NCBI GenBank assembly: GCA_030704615.1
Contig: CM060731.1
Span: forward strand, 5,146,001 to 5,210,000
Source: Takakia lepidozioides
Lineage: Eukaryota; Plantae; Bryophyta
Length of the DNA stretch: 64,000 nucleotides
Direction: 5' to 3'
Shown here: in pieces, positions 12,819 through 23,577 of the stretch
Numbering within the stretch: position 1 is the stretch's first letter
Layout: each line of letters begins with the position of its first letter
Made by a program: the position numbers and the translations under genes
Notes under the pieces: generated by a model
The model's database searches: none
What the model was told of the DNA's origin: nothing
What the model saw: the letters and a program-made list of their open reading frames with translations, nothing else

Positions 12819-12962
12819 CTATCCCAAGCACTGTGGACACAACCAATCTTCGGCAGGAACCTTCTCAAGAGGTAGAGTCAAGCATCCCATATGCCAACCC
12901 CTTGAGCATCAATCACACGCCAGCATGGTGGCTACCCCTTTGGCAGACCCACAGAGCATGCA
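12819..12962 (-). pseudogene. PHD finger at the C-terminus of the gypsy Pol
   Basis: Minus-strand translation CMLCGSAKGVATMLACD*CSRGWHMGCLTLPLEKVPAEDWLCPQCLG* shows complete C4HC3 spacing with the LxCDxC and WxCPxC signatures. One internal TGA at 12909-12911. Confidence 0.92.
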
Positions 12963-12979
12963 CCTCAAACCTACAGGTA

Positions 12980-14120
12980 CCCTGCCAAGTTTGGGTCAAC
13001 TCTGCCATCGACATTGGGAAAGTGACATGGCGCACAATTACGCACAGGGTCCTTCCAAGTCATGCCATCCCGACCCTCCAAGATCAGGACCCCTGAGGGC
13101 AACACCTCTCGAACCCTCAGAATAACACGCCCTGTAGTAACATCTAGAGTCGTAGGAGCAGTCTGCTACAAATAAACATAGTCACCAAGGCTAAACCTCC
13201 GAACCCCAGGACGATATCCTCCACCACGTATAGTGGCATACCTCAATGTATCACGGTGTTGTGCAATGGCAAGGTTCTCAAAAGCCATGGGCATGACTTT
13301 CTTGAACAACTCTGCACGCTGATCACATGCACGTACCCACACGTTCGGATCGTCAAGGTTAAGGACTTGAGCAATGTCCCTACGAAGGGCTGCAGGCAAA
13401 GCCGGCTCTCGGCCAAAGAGAAGGAAATATGGTGAGAAGGAGGCAAGTGATGCTTGTTTGCTGAACCTGTAGCCCATGGCTAACCAATGAACCTGAAGAT
13501 CCCAATCTCCTAGGTGTCCCTTCTGCAAGCCATACTTGCGCAAACCCCTCTTCACCGTCTGAACAACTCTCTGTGCCAAGCCATCGGCCTCAGGATGATC
13601 CCGAGAAGTGGTACACTGGTCTATCAAGGCTTTATCACACAAAGCCTAAAACTCCCCCAAGAACTCTCTCCTTTGGTCCGTGAGTACCTCAGCTGGAGCA
13701 CCAAATTGGCTAAGCACACGATCCAAGAATGCCTTCACTAGCCTTGTCAGGCAATGGAACCAACTCAATCCACTTGGAGAAGTGCTCCACCACCACCAAC
13801 ACATATCTGTGGTGGCACATAGTCAGGGGCAACGGTCCTGCGAAGTCAAGACTCCACCTGTAGCCCAATCCCATGATTGATAAATGATGCAACTGTGGTG
13901 TAGGGGCGTTGAATGAAGCACGCACCTTGTCACACACCATGCACCTAGCCACGAACTGTTGTACCTCTGTATGCATACCACGCCACCAATACTGCCCCTG
14001 CAGTAAACTGTGAGTGCGTCGCACTCCAAAATGCCCCAACTCCTCATGGGCATGTCGCACTAACCGTGCACGCTGTGTGGGGTGAGGCACAATCCTCACC
14101 CGACCATCCTCCCACACTCG
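12980..14120 (-). pseudogene. Gypsy integrase (H2C2 zinc domain, rve core, C-terminal domain)
   Basis: AHEELGHFG...YWWRGM...CMVC; WSLDFAGPLP...YVLVVVEHFSKWIELVPL; HPEADGLAQR; SPYFLLFGREP; RFSLGDYVYL. Confidence 0.95.
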
Positions 14121-14449
14121 AAGTAGGTGTATCCCCTCCCACTTGAACCTCTTGGCTCGTTGCAGGATTCGATCCCTCTCCCTAGCAGTCACAGTGGCTA
14201 TCTTGTCTCCCGTGCGGAGGTAGTCCAACACAGCCGAATCCTCATGTATATCTCTGGCACCACCTGGCTCATCACTAGCCTCAGGGTCCTCAGACACTCC
14301 GTCTACAGTCATCCCTGTTGTAGGTCCAACCTAACCTTCCGATGCCAAGATACACAAAAATGCAGATGCGTGCCATCCCGACACCATCTCCTCGTCCGTC
14401 TCACCATGCCACCGAGCTCCAGTGTCATCCTGCTGGCTCGTGCATGGAT

Positions 14450-15720
14450 TGCGACTCAATCCATCCGCATCCCGATTGACCAAACCCGGTCGATGCACAA
14501 CCTGAAAGTCATATTCCTAGAGTATGAGTGCCCACCGTGCAAGCTTCCCCGTAAGCTTATCTGACTCCATCAACCACTTGAGTGGCTGGTGATCCGTGAC
14601 AAGGGTGAAAAGATTGCCGTATAGATAGCACCTGAAGTGTGCCACGGCCCACACTGCAGCTAAGCACTCTCCCTCATATGAGCTATACTTAGCCTCTGCA
14701 GCGTTGTTCGAGCGGCTAGCATAAGCCACTACGAACTCTCTTCCCTCATCATCCACCTGTGTGAGCACCGCTCCAAGCCCTAGCATGCTCCAATCCGTAT
14801 GCAGCTGAAAGAGACGCCCCCTGATAGGTCGTCTCAGGATAGGCGCCGAGGTCAACCTCGCCTTGAGCTCTTGAAAAGCTCGTTCCTGCTCATCTTCCCA
14901 CTGCCACTCTTGGTCCACCTTGGTCAGCTTGGTTAGAGCCTTTGCAATGGTACTAAATCCCTTGACAAACCATCTATAATAGTTTGCCAACCCCATGAAA
15001 GTTCGAACTCGGCTCACATCCGTGGGGCGTGGAATTTGTGCAATGGCCTCTACCTTAGTCTGTTGTACCCCCAATCCTCCAGGATATATCATGTGACCTA
15101 GATACTCAATCTGGTTGTGGAAAAACTTGCACTTCCCCGGATACAACTTCAATCCGTGCGCTCTCAAGCGCTCCAATACCACTTGAAGGTATCTCTCATG
15201 CTCCTCCACCGTAACACTAAAGATGATGATGTCATCTATGTAGCACCGAGCAAAGTCCACCCCTGCTAGAATCCTATCCATGACTCTCTGAGACTCTGCA
15301 GGATCATTCTTAAGCCCAAATGGTACGAACCGCCACTGATATAGGCAATCCTTGCCATGCTCATTGATCCCCCAGAATGTCGTCTTCTGCTTGTCCGCCT
15401 CCTTGATTGACAACTGGTGATATTCGGATCGTAAATCCAAAGTGCTAAAGACCTTAGCATGCCCGATGGCATCAAAGATCTCCTCTAGTGTTGGCATGGC
15501 ATACTTATCGGACTTGGTCTGACGATTTACAGGCCGGTAATCACCGCACATACGTCTCTCCGTCAATCGCCATAGACATCCTTCTTGGTTGGCATCACTG
15601 TGGCTGAAGCATACTCTCCACCAGAGAGCTCCACCAAACCTGCCTCCTAGAGATCTTGAGTCCTCATCTGAATCAAAGACCTCTCTATGTCACTGTATCT
15701 ATAGGGTCTCCGAAAGATTG
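14450..15720 (-). pseudogene. Gypsy reverse transcriptase and RNase H
   Basis: ORF 14517-15566: RMCGDYRPVN, FSTLDLRS, PFGLKN, YIDDIIIFS, FQLHTDWS, YSSYEGECLAAVWAV, TDHQPLKWL, KLARWALIL. Confidence 0.97.
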
Positions 15721-16239
15721 GCGTGGCAGTGGCCAACTCAATACAGATCTCTTGACCCTTCAATGCTCCCAAGTCCTTCAAACTGAAGGCAAAGCAATTC
15801 CTATAAGCCCTCAGGAACCGCCATATACGTCGTCTCTCTCCTCCGGTGACAATGGGTCCAATGTCAGGCTCCCAATTGTCCTCCGTAACTGCAACCTTAA
15901 GTCCAGTGGGCTTAGAGGTAGAGGACGCGTCCGCTAGTTGCTATGTTGCAACCTCTTGAGTAGTACTCCCTACCTGCTTAGTCAGTGACAAGGCGTCATC
16001 CTGCCCATCAACTCATCCTCAAGGACTTCCTCCACCCGAGAAAAATCCCCAACCTTATCTATCACCGCCACCTTGGCTGCCAACTCCCTCTGAACCTCGA
16101 GCATCTCCCACGTGTGCCATGGATGCCTGCACCCCGTGGTCCTCACATGCTTGCCCCCACTCACTGCCTGTACCGTCTCGGTAGGCAGAGAGACCATCGA
16201 GGGAAGTGTACTCCGCACTCTGCGTTGCTCAGCCATAGC

Positions 16240-17190
16240 CAAGCTGATAATCCAGGTCAAGCAATTGAGATCCATTGCTTGCCCCAACACCTGACGACGT
16301 GATGCCTCAGAAAGAGACGACACTGCCGTGGTACCAGTGATAAAACCCATTGCCCACTCACGCTCGTCAGCATTAGACTCCACTAACTGCTGCAACTGAG
16401 CATCCCATAGGAGGCCAGGTCCACTATCCCGGAAAGCATGCGATCTTAGGAAGCTGAGTAGTGTAGGTAATGCTGCTCGTGGTTGACCCACCTTGTTGAC
16501 CACTGCCAAAGGCAAACGGTCATCGTGTCTCACATGCTGAGACTGCCTCCCTGTGTCCAGAATGCTATCCACTGTGAGATGTGCTGGCCGCTGCACCCCA
16601 TCAAATGCACGCTTGAGCAGTGCGGGTGGCATCAAGTTAGTCCACCATAGCCGTGGACGATGAGCCCGTGACCCCACTGTAGCTGCATCTAGCAACACTG
16701 CTAACCCAAGCCACAACCAGACTTGATGCACACTGGCCATCACCCTGGCCCAAGAATCGCCCACATCAGTGGCACATTCTCCAAGATATATGCTGGAGAT
16801 ACAGCTTGATGAAGTTGCAAGTGGTGCAAAACCTGCACCATCTCCCAAAACAGACCCGACCTCGAGTCTCGCAATCCATTGTCATGCCTGGCTGATGAAT
16901 GCCTTTGGTAGGGCCAACCTGCCACTACCAGATCAATGGAGCCAACCCACTCCAAATCCTTCGCCCCCAGCAACGAAATGTCTGCTGGCAAGGCCTGCTG
17001 ATATCCACGAACTGCAGACACCGGCAACAACTCAGGGTACCGCTGCACCAACTGAGCAACATGGCGAAGTGAAACGCGTCGTGCAGTCTCATCCCTCTCC
17101 ACATATAGGTAACGCCGAACTCGTACACCTGCCTGTAATACAGCAACCAATCCGGTGCTGATTCCGCCAAACAAGTCCAGAAGACAAATG
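16240..17190 (-). pseudogene. C5 cytosine DNA methyltransferase (DNMT3-like) domain embedded in Pol between protease and RT
   Basis: Motif I LLDLFGGISTG; motif II YLYVERDE; motif IV IDLVVAGWP(Y)Q; GLRDSRSGLFWEMVQVL; motif VI YILENV; motif VIII LDAATVGSRAHRPRLWWTNL; motifs IX/X EREWAMGF...SRRQVLGQAMD. One frameshift near 16765. Confidence 0.93.
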
Positions 17191-17412
17191 CCTTCATCCG
17201 GATACTGCCACACAATAGGTGTGGTGTCCAATGGAGACAACTGAGGTGGTCTTGGTGCAATCCCCGCACTCTCCTCCTCTCCTGACGGTACAAAAGCCTC
17301 CACCCAGGCTTGTTGCACCCGTCGATCAGCATCCTGCTGCAAATCCTTGCTCGTGCCCCAATGGAGTCTGAGCAACCATGGTAGGCAACTCCGCCATACC
17401 ATACATGTCATC

Positions 17413-18474
17413 CTACTCTCCCGGAGGTGGCACATCCTCTGAATGAACGTTGCCCTCAAGCAACTCTCCAGGCCAACTCACTGCCGCTGTGAATGCTGCT
17501 AGTGTCGGCATCTTGCCTCGCTGGGCAACCACAACTCCTCCTATGAACGTCAAATGGAGCTGCATACGCCGGCCCTCCCCTGACTGCCATGCAGGCCTAT
17601 AGGAAGCTGACTCCTTGCAAAAATCCAGGGTGAAGCCCATGGGGTACAACACTGCCCCACCAACCATGACATCGTATGAGACCGCGTCTATCACAATGGC
17701 CTTGGCTCGCATCACTGAGCCATCTGTAGGGTGATCCAGCCGTAGTCTGATAGCCAACTCACGCCGTGTCATGCTCCGAGCCTGCTCCGATCTTCCCAGA
17801 GACGTCTGTATCTGGAAAGGACAAGGCTCCATATCCACCTCCGTGAGGCCCAAGCCTGTAATAGCAGCTCTGCCCAACATCACTGGCTGAGCTCCCGAGT
17901 CCAACAAGACCCGCAGTGCCCGGTACCTCTTGCCTACCGGTCCACTCAAACAGAAAATGTCATTCTGGTTGTCTAACATGACAACTCCAGGTGTAACCAT
18001 GGCGCGCTCAATGGCTGGCCTAGCTGGTAGCTCCATCAACCTGACAGCTGCAGCTTGCCATGGCGCCGTCATGGCAGTCTTGACCCTCAAATCCGAGGAT
18101 CCCTCCGGCACTACACCTCCCACTATCTCCGCAGAAGATGAAGTAACCTCCCCACTCTCACAGAGTGTAGCTGCCAGCCTGAACACCTCAGCTGATTTTA
18201 CCCCCGGCGTCGCAATCATGGTAGCCGAGAACAATGGAGCCTGGCACACAGATGTGGCCGCTCCTAGCAGCACACTAGCTGCCGTAGCCTTAGCAACACT
18301 AGGTAGTGGTGCTACCCGTGTAGCTCTCCCCAATGGCATAGTAACCTCCGCCTCGGTAACAGTCGGGCGAGAACTAGGTGCCATGGATGGCGTCGACACT
18401 GTCTCCGCCAATGTGAATGACTGAGGAAGCCTAGCCTGACGGCTTGCCTCCCCACGCTGTGGATCCAACTCCAC
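17413..18474 (-). pseudogene. Gag-pol linker and aspartic protease
   Basis: RVLLDSGAQPVMLG catalytic motif and downstream YDVMVGGAVL. Confidence 0.85.
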
Positions 18475-18844
18475 CTCTATACCTCGTGGCTAAGGAACTC
18501 GTGCTGCTCCTCGAGTCACGGCTGTAGCAGACTCCACCTGCACTAGTGGTAGTGCTGCTCCGCACATGAATCCCATACCTCCTATATCTTCTCCCTTAGG
18601 AGCAGGAGGTGGTCCATCCGGCCTTGGAGCCGGTACCACCTGAGCTGTAGCCATGGCAGCGAGCCTCTACTCTAGTTGCTAAAGCCGGTTGGCCATGCCT
18701 TGGTCAACACCCTGACCTCCGCGTCCTTGGCCATATTGAGCTTGCCCTTGGCTTGCACCTTGTGCCTGGCCACCTCGTCCTCTCTGGGCTGCTCCACCTC
18801 GCCCCCGGCCACCATTGTTCCCTTGGAACTGGCCTGGGCGCAAC

Positions 18845-20122
18845 TCAGGGTGCAAACCATAACACTGGGCCTCTCCATGCCTGTGCTTGCCACAATGCCC
18901 ACACTACAACTGTGCAAGGTTGTGCATGTGCCGGCCCTTTGCTTCCCTCTGGGCAATCCTTCTTGACATGGGGTCCTCCACATGTCCAGCACACCACATC
19001 CGCCCGTTGTTGGCCAGCAAATGAAGGGAGAGACCCCTGCATCTGAGGTCCTCTCTGCCCTTCCTTGAGGTTCACCTGAGCCCTCTTGTTGCCTTGAGCA
19101 CGTTGAGGTAGTGGTTGGCTAAGAGCACCACTACCCCATGGTGTTTCCTTAGCAAATCCCACCATGACCACTCGTTCCTCCACCATGTTGAGCTCTATCC
19201 GCTCTGCCAGCAAAAACACATTTGCTAAGGTGGGTTGGGCTGATTGTAGGAGAGTTGCATCCCGCACCCTTCTCCTCAGCTCCTTGTCCAATATCCCATA
19301 CCAGAATTGGACTGCCTGAGCTTCCGTAACCCCTTGGGTTACATTTATCAAGCGCCTCATGCGAGTGAAAGCCTCCCTCAAGCTCTCAGTAGGCTTCTGT
19401 TGGAACTCTTGCAAGCTCCGCAACTTCTCTGTCCTCACCCCTTGGTAGTTCCCTCTCAACTCTTCGAAGAACTCCACAACAGGGTTGAAGGCAGGCACGG
19501 GTACTGGTGCTGGTGCGGTAGTGGCTTGGGTGGACGTCGTAGCTATGGTACCACCAGTCCTACTAGTCCCACTGTTGCTTGCTGAAGCTGCCGGTGCAGC
19601 AGCAGGTGTAGCCACTGCCCTCGTGACTCTAGTGCCCCTAGTGATGGAGACATAGTCAGGTGACCAGTACATCCTCCACTCCTCGATCTCAACCTCATGC
19701 CCCCGCCTGAACTCATGGTAATCATCCATAGGCGGCCCCTCAAGGTGCTGAAACAGCCCCTTCCATGCCATGAAAGGCGTAAATAGTTGTGGATTGCGCA
19801 TTTGCTGCGAATCACACCAACTATCAAACTCTTGGATAAAATCATCCAACTCGATGGTGCCCACCGCCCCAGAGTACCTTCGTGGCCCCTTGGTAGCTCC
19901 ATACATCTCCTCCATTGTGTCCCACAACAATGGCAAGGAAACAACTTGCACCGCCGGTATGAGTCCTCCTGATTCACAATCCGAATCAGAACCTTCCGTA
20001 GAAGACACAGAAGGTGAAGGTGGCCTAAACCGCACACCTCGTCTCGTGTACCCACTAGTATCGCTAGTGCTCGAACCGGCACTGTTCCCAGCAACTAGTG
20101 GCACCTCCGTGTTGACACTCAA
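18845..20122 (-). pseudogene. Gag (retrotransposon gag domain plus zinc knuckle)
   Basis: 425-aa ORF with LQEFQQKPTESLREAFTRMRRL (major-homology-like region), QFWYGIL, and the CCHC knuckle CWTCGGPHVKKDC. Confidence 0.88.
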
Positions 20123-20735
20123 CCGGTCATGAACATGTCCCTAACCCCCTTTCCACAAGGTAACCGGGTAGAGAACCTGTTGCGGCTTATGGTTTGGAAT
20201 ACTAAGTTCCTAACATAGCCTACACTTGTACCTGCATCCACCGCAAACACTCCTATGGTTGGCTGGTCATCACCTCCAACCTCACCACAGGAGAAACAAT
20301 GATGGTCTGGCTGGTCATCACCCCAGCCTCACCATCGACAGCATGCTGTAGGACTGGCCGGTGATCAAATCTGGACCAATCACCTATAAAAACAAGCGCC
20401 CACACAAAACTAGCATGGCGCATAGTCAAGCATGCAGGTATGGAGGGGATCCAAACACAAGAAATCAGAACGACAACTCCCCCACATCAAAAACAACTCC
20501 ATGGTGTTGCTCCTGCAAGGACACCCCAGCCCAAACCCGGACTGACTCTTGCCTCCACCTACGGAAAGGTCAAACTACGAGGAAGAGAAGCTAAAGCAAT
20601 GCCTAACCCTAGCATGCCCTCATCCCAACACTCTTCCTCTCATCTCTTCCTTCACTTGATGACCATGGGAATATCATAAAGATACTCCTCAAACCGCCCT
20701 CCACGAGCTTCAAAATTCGGCCTTCAAGACCACAT

Positions 20736-21640
20736 GCCAGTCCTTAGGCAGTCCACCAGTGCCTCCACGAGTCAGCACAGGCGGTTCACAGGTCAACACG
20801 GGCCACCACAGGTTCAGATTCAGCCCTTGCCACGTACAAAGGCAGTAGCAGTCCAGGGGGCAATGGTGATAGAGCCGCCTGGCACACCGGATTCTGGTAT
20901 GCAGGTATGTGGGAGTTTAAATGGGGAGGAAGATGCAGACGGGGACAACACAAACAAGCAGGTTGCTTTAATTTCTCCTGCTCACATGTTGAAGCCAAAT
21001 GACAGTTTACTTCCTGGACCAGCGAGGAAGCATTTACTAATTCTGGACTTAAATGGTCTGTTATGTGAATCTTTTCATTCTGCTAATGGGCCTGCATCCC
21101 TTCCCAAAGGTTTTGTGGGGGAGATGTGTGGCAAGAAGATGGTAGTTTTGAGACCACGTTGTTATGACTTTTTGCAAAAGTGTTTTGAACACTGTGAGGT
21201 GGCGGTGTGGTCTTGTTGCCAAGCTCGCAACTTCTTCCCAATGGTGGACTATATTTTTGCAGCCCACACTAAGCTGGTTTTCCAGTGGGATGCCCTTCAC
21301 TGTGACGAGGATCCAGTCTTCCCATGCAGTAAGGGGTATGATTCAAAGCCATTATATTTCAAGAACTTGTCTAGAGTGTGGGCAGACTGGCCAGAATGGA
21401 CTTATGAGGACACTGTTATTGTTAACGACACACCAAGAAAGGCGACAAACAATCCTCCCTTCAGTGGGATTTTTCCAGAGCCATGGAAAGTGCAACCAGA
21501 TTCACCAACTGATGAGTATCTAACAGAGGTGTTGTGGCTTTTCTTGTGGAAGGCATCGAAAGCTGCCAATATTCCCAAGTTTTTGGAGTCTCAGCCTGTT
21601 TTCGGACAACAAACATATAACACTGCTACTATGAAGGTAC
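20736..21640 (+). CDS. NIF/FCP1-family (HAD superfamily) phosphatase-like domain; probable exon of the CACTA second gene
   Basis: KHLLILDLNGLL...LRPRCYDFLQKCFEHCEVAVWS...YFKNLSRVW...TVIVNDTPRKATNNP matches NIF-domain motifs. The frame is uninterrupted for ~300 codons and ends at a GT donor (AAGGTAC). Confidence 0.8.
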
Positions 21641-22117
21641 AAACATTCTGACAGTGCTCCAAAGGCTACAAGTTTTGTGGGTTCATTCATTGCATTGCTT
21701 TCCTAGATGCTTCTCCTCGGTTGCTTGATTAATGCTAGGTTTTCTTTGCAGGTTTTCATGTTGGTTTTTTTTGTTTGATTCATACTTGGATTTTGTTTCT
21801 ATTCACTATTCATGTTTGCTCATTGCTTTCCTGGTTGTTCTCTGGTCTGTGACACAGGAACTTGTGACAAACAAAGGTGATATTGTCGACAAGCCGGTAC
21901 AGACCAGGGGCAAGAGTGTCGACCCGACGAGTAGCCCCCCAAAAGAGGTCTCACAACCACTCGAGACTGCAAATGGAGTAAGTCTAGGGCCTTGTCTTGT
22001 TTGTTTTATTTTTTCCAACCTTGGGGCTCTCTTTAATTCGCAAATGTTGAGTGTCCTAGTCATGTGTATGTCATGGGTTTTCACATCGTGTTCTTTTTTG
22101 TGTGGAGTTGGGATCAC

Positions 22118-22400
22118 AGTTCAGGGTGGGTGACGAGGTTCGGTTGTTGGATATGAACTCTAAACGCAAGAAAGTTGGAGTAGGGCTGATTGTTGCTCTT
22201 CAAGGTGCTGTGGTGGGTTATGGGTACCCTGCTGTGCCCTTGATTATGCCTGTGTGTACATCAAAGAGGCATGTATCAGTAACACCCCTCTACCATATGT
22301 GAATGGTGTTAGGAAACATACCGAGTTGGGGTAGGTGGTTGGCCAGACAACACTTTGGAGTCTAAAGTTACTGAAACTTATGGAGCTGCAGAAGGGATAG
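22118..22400 (+). pseudogene. Tnp1/En-Spm-like C-terminal domain of the CACTA second gene
   Basis: FRVGDEVRLLD...KVGVGLIV...VPL/DYACVYIKEA...TPLPY...VGQTTLW pattern typical of CACTA ORF2 C-terminal domains; frameshifted. Confidence 0.55.
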
Positions 22401-22859
22401 TCAGTATTGCACTGTTTAACAGAGTTCTTGATTCTAATAGCACCAGAACATACTAGCTACAACAGTTCAGCCCATGTGTAGGCTTGCTTGTTTTTTGCTG
22501 GGCCTTTTGAGGCACAGATTTTTTGACCTTGTGGCTTTTGAGGTGTCCATTGGGACATTGGTCTCATTTGGATTTTTGTAATGTGATTTATCGGGCTTGT
22601 ATTCCCCTGTAGTTGACTATTTTCATTCTCCTTGTGGTTGATAGTATGCAGGAGGGATCCATTATGTTTTCATGTTGGAATTTCACCATGTAATGAAGAA
22701 TTTAAATCATTTAATCCACTTTCATTTTAAATAATTAAAAATAATACCATTTAATAAAGTTTTCCAAGGCTGCAATCCCCCTGTTCTTTTAAATATTAAA
22801 TGAAAACTAAAAATTAAAATATAAAAATTAAAAATATAAACTATTTCGGAAAACAATCT

Positions 22860-23545
22860 TGATGACACGTGACATCACACCTGCTCAAACCAGAACACGT
22901 GGCAGTATATGACACAACATTCTTTATCCATATTTTCACCACGTGTAAAGATCCGTAGTCATAAATGCTAGTAATATATTTTGTCTGTGTGCCACATGTC
23001 ACATCTCAAGTGCAACAGGTGTCCCGCTAACAACTCTCCATGTAGACATCCCTCTAGTCATATGAGCGAGTCATGTAGTCACCACGTGTGAAATCATCCA
23101 TAGCACACGTGTCCCGCTAGCGCCTCTCCCTGTAGGCATCATTGTGCAGACATGTAGTCATATGATTATGGCAAGAAGTCGTGACATGTCAAATTCGCAG
23201 TGGCGCACGTGTCCATCCGTCGCCTCTCCATGTAGGCATCACTTTGCAGACATATAGTCATATGATCCCCTGACGAATGCATGACGTGTCGCTTACGCAG
23301 TGGCGCACGTGTCCCGCTGAAGCCTCTCCATGTAGGCAGCGCTCAACAGACAATGTAGTCATATATTAGTCATATAGTTGTGACTGCAACCCTCTTTGCA
23401 GCAGGACTCCAGGTGCCACGCAAGCAGTCACGGATATGACTTGCAAAACGCAGTCCTAAAGACTAGTCGCTATGACAGGGTTTTTTTCACTACATAGTGA
23501 TGTAGTCATGAACGCATATAAAACTGAAAAAATAGTCATATGTGA
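22860..23545. repeat. CACTA right subterminal region, with four ~90-100-bp tandem units and AGTCAT motifs
   Basis: The unit GTGTCC...CTCTCC(A/C)TGTAG(G/A)CA...TAGTCATAT repeats four times between ~23018 and 23370. Confidence 0.8.
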
Positions 23546-23574
23546 AGTCATAAAAACGCTCATCTGTTGTAGTG
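23546..23574 (-). repeat. CACTA right terminal inverted repeat
   Basis: Reverse complement is CACTACAACAGATGAGCGTTTTTATGACT, followed on the plus strand by the TSD CAA. Confidence 0.95.
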
Positions 23575-23577
23575 CAA

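Larger units (their letters stand above)
11864..20735 (-). mobile_element. Ty3/gypsy LTR retrotransposon with DNMT and PHD domains, degenerate
   Basis: Gag, protease, RT, RNase H and integrase occur in gypsy order on the minus strand. A PPT (GCTAGGGGGGCGAT) precedes the terminal repeat at 12558. GCCAG flanks both ends (11859-11863, 20736-20740). Confidence 0.93.
2758..23574. mobile_element. Full-length CACTA (En/Spm) DNA transposon, 20.8 kb including the nested gypsy element
   Basis: Starts CACTA at 2758 and ends TAGTG at 23574. The 29-bp TIRs have 2 mismatches. 3-bp TSD CAA at 2755-2757 and 23575-23577. Subterminal motif arrays and a Tnp2 transposase lie inside. Confidence 0.97.

Noticed and set aside
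16240-17190. Host DNMT3/DRM gene captured by chance
   Set aside because: It is intronless, lacks host N-terminal domains, and is co-oriented exactly between protease and RT. That fits a Pol domain better, though sibling copies are needed to close the question.
12721-19972. Numerous plus-strand ORFs of 60-160 aa
   Set aside because: Antisense shadows of the GC-rich gag-pol; no recognisable motifs.
23018-23370. CRISPR-like repeat array
   Set aside because: Eukaryotic context; the units are diverged tandem subterminal repeats of the CACTA without unique spacers.
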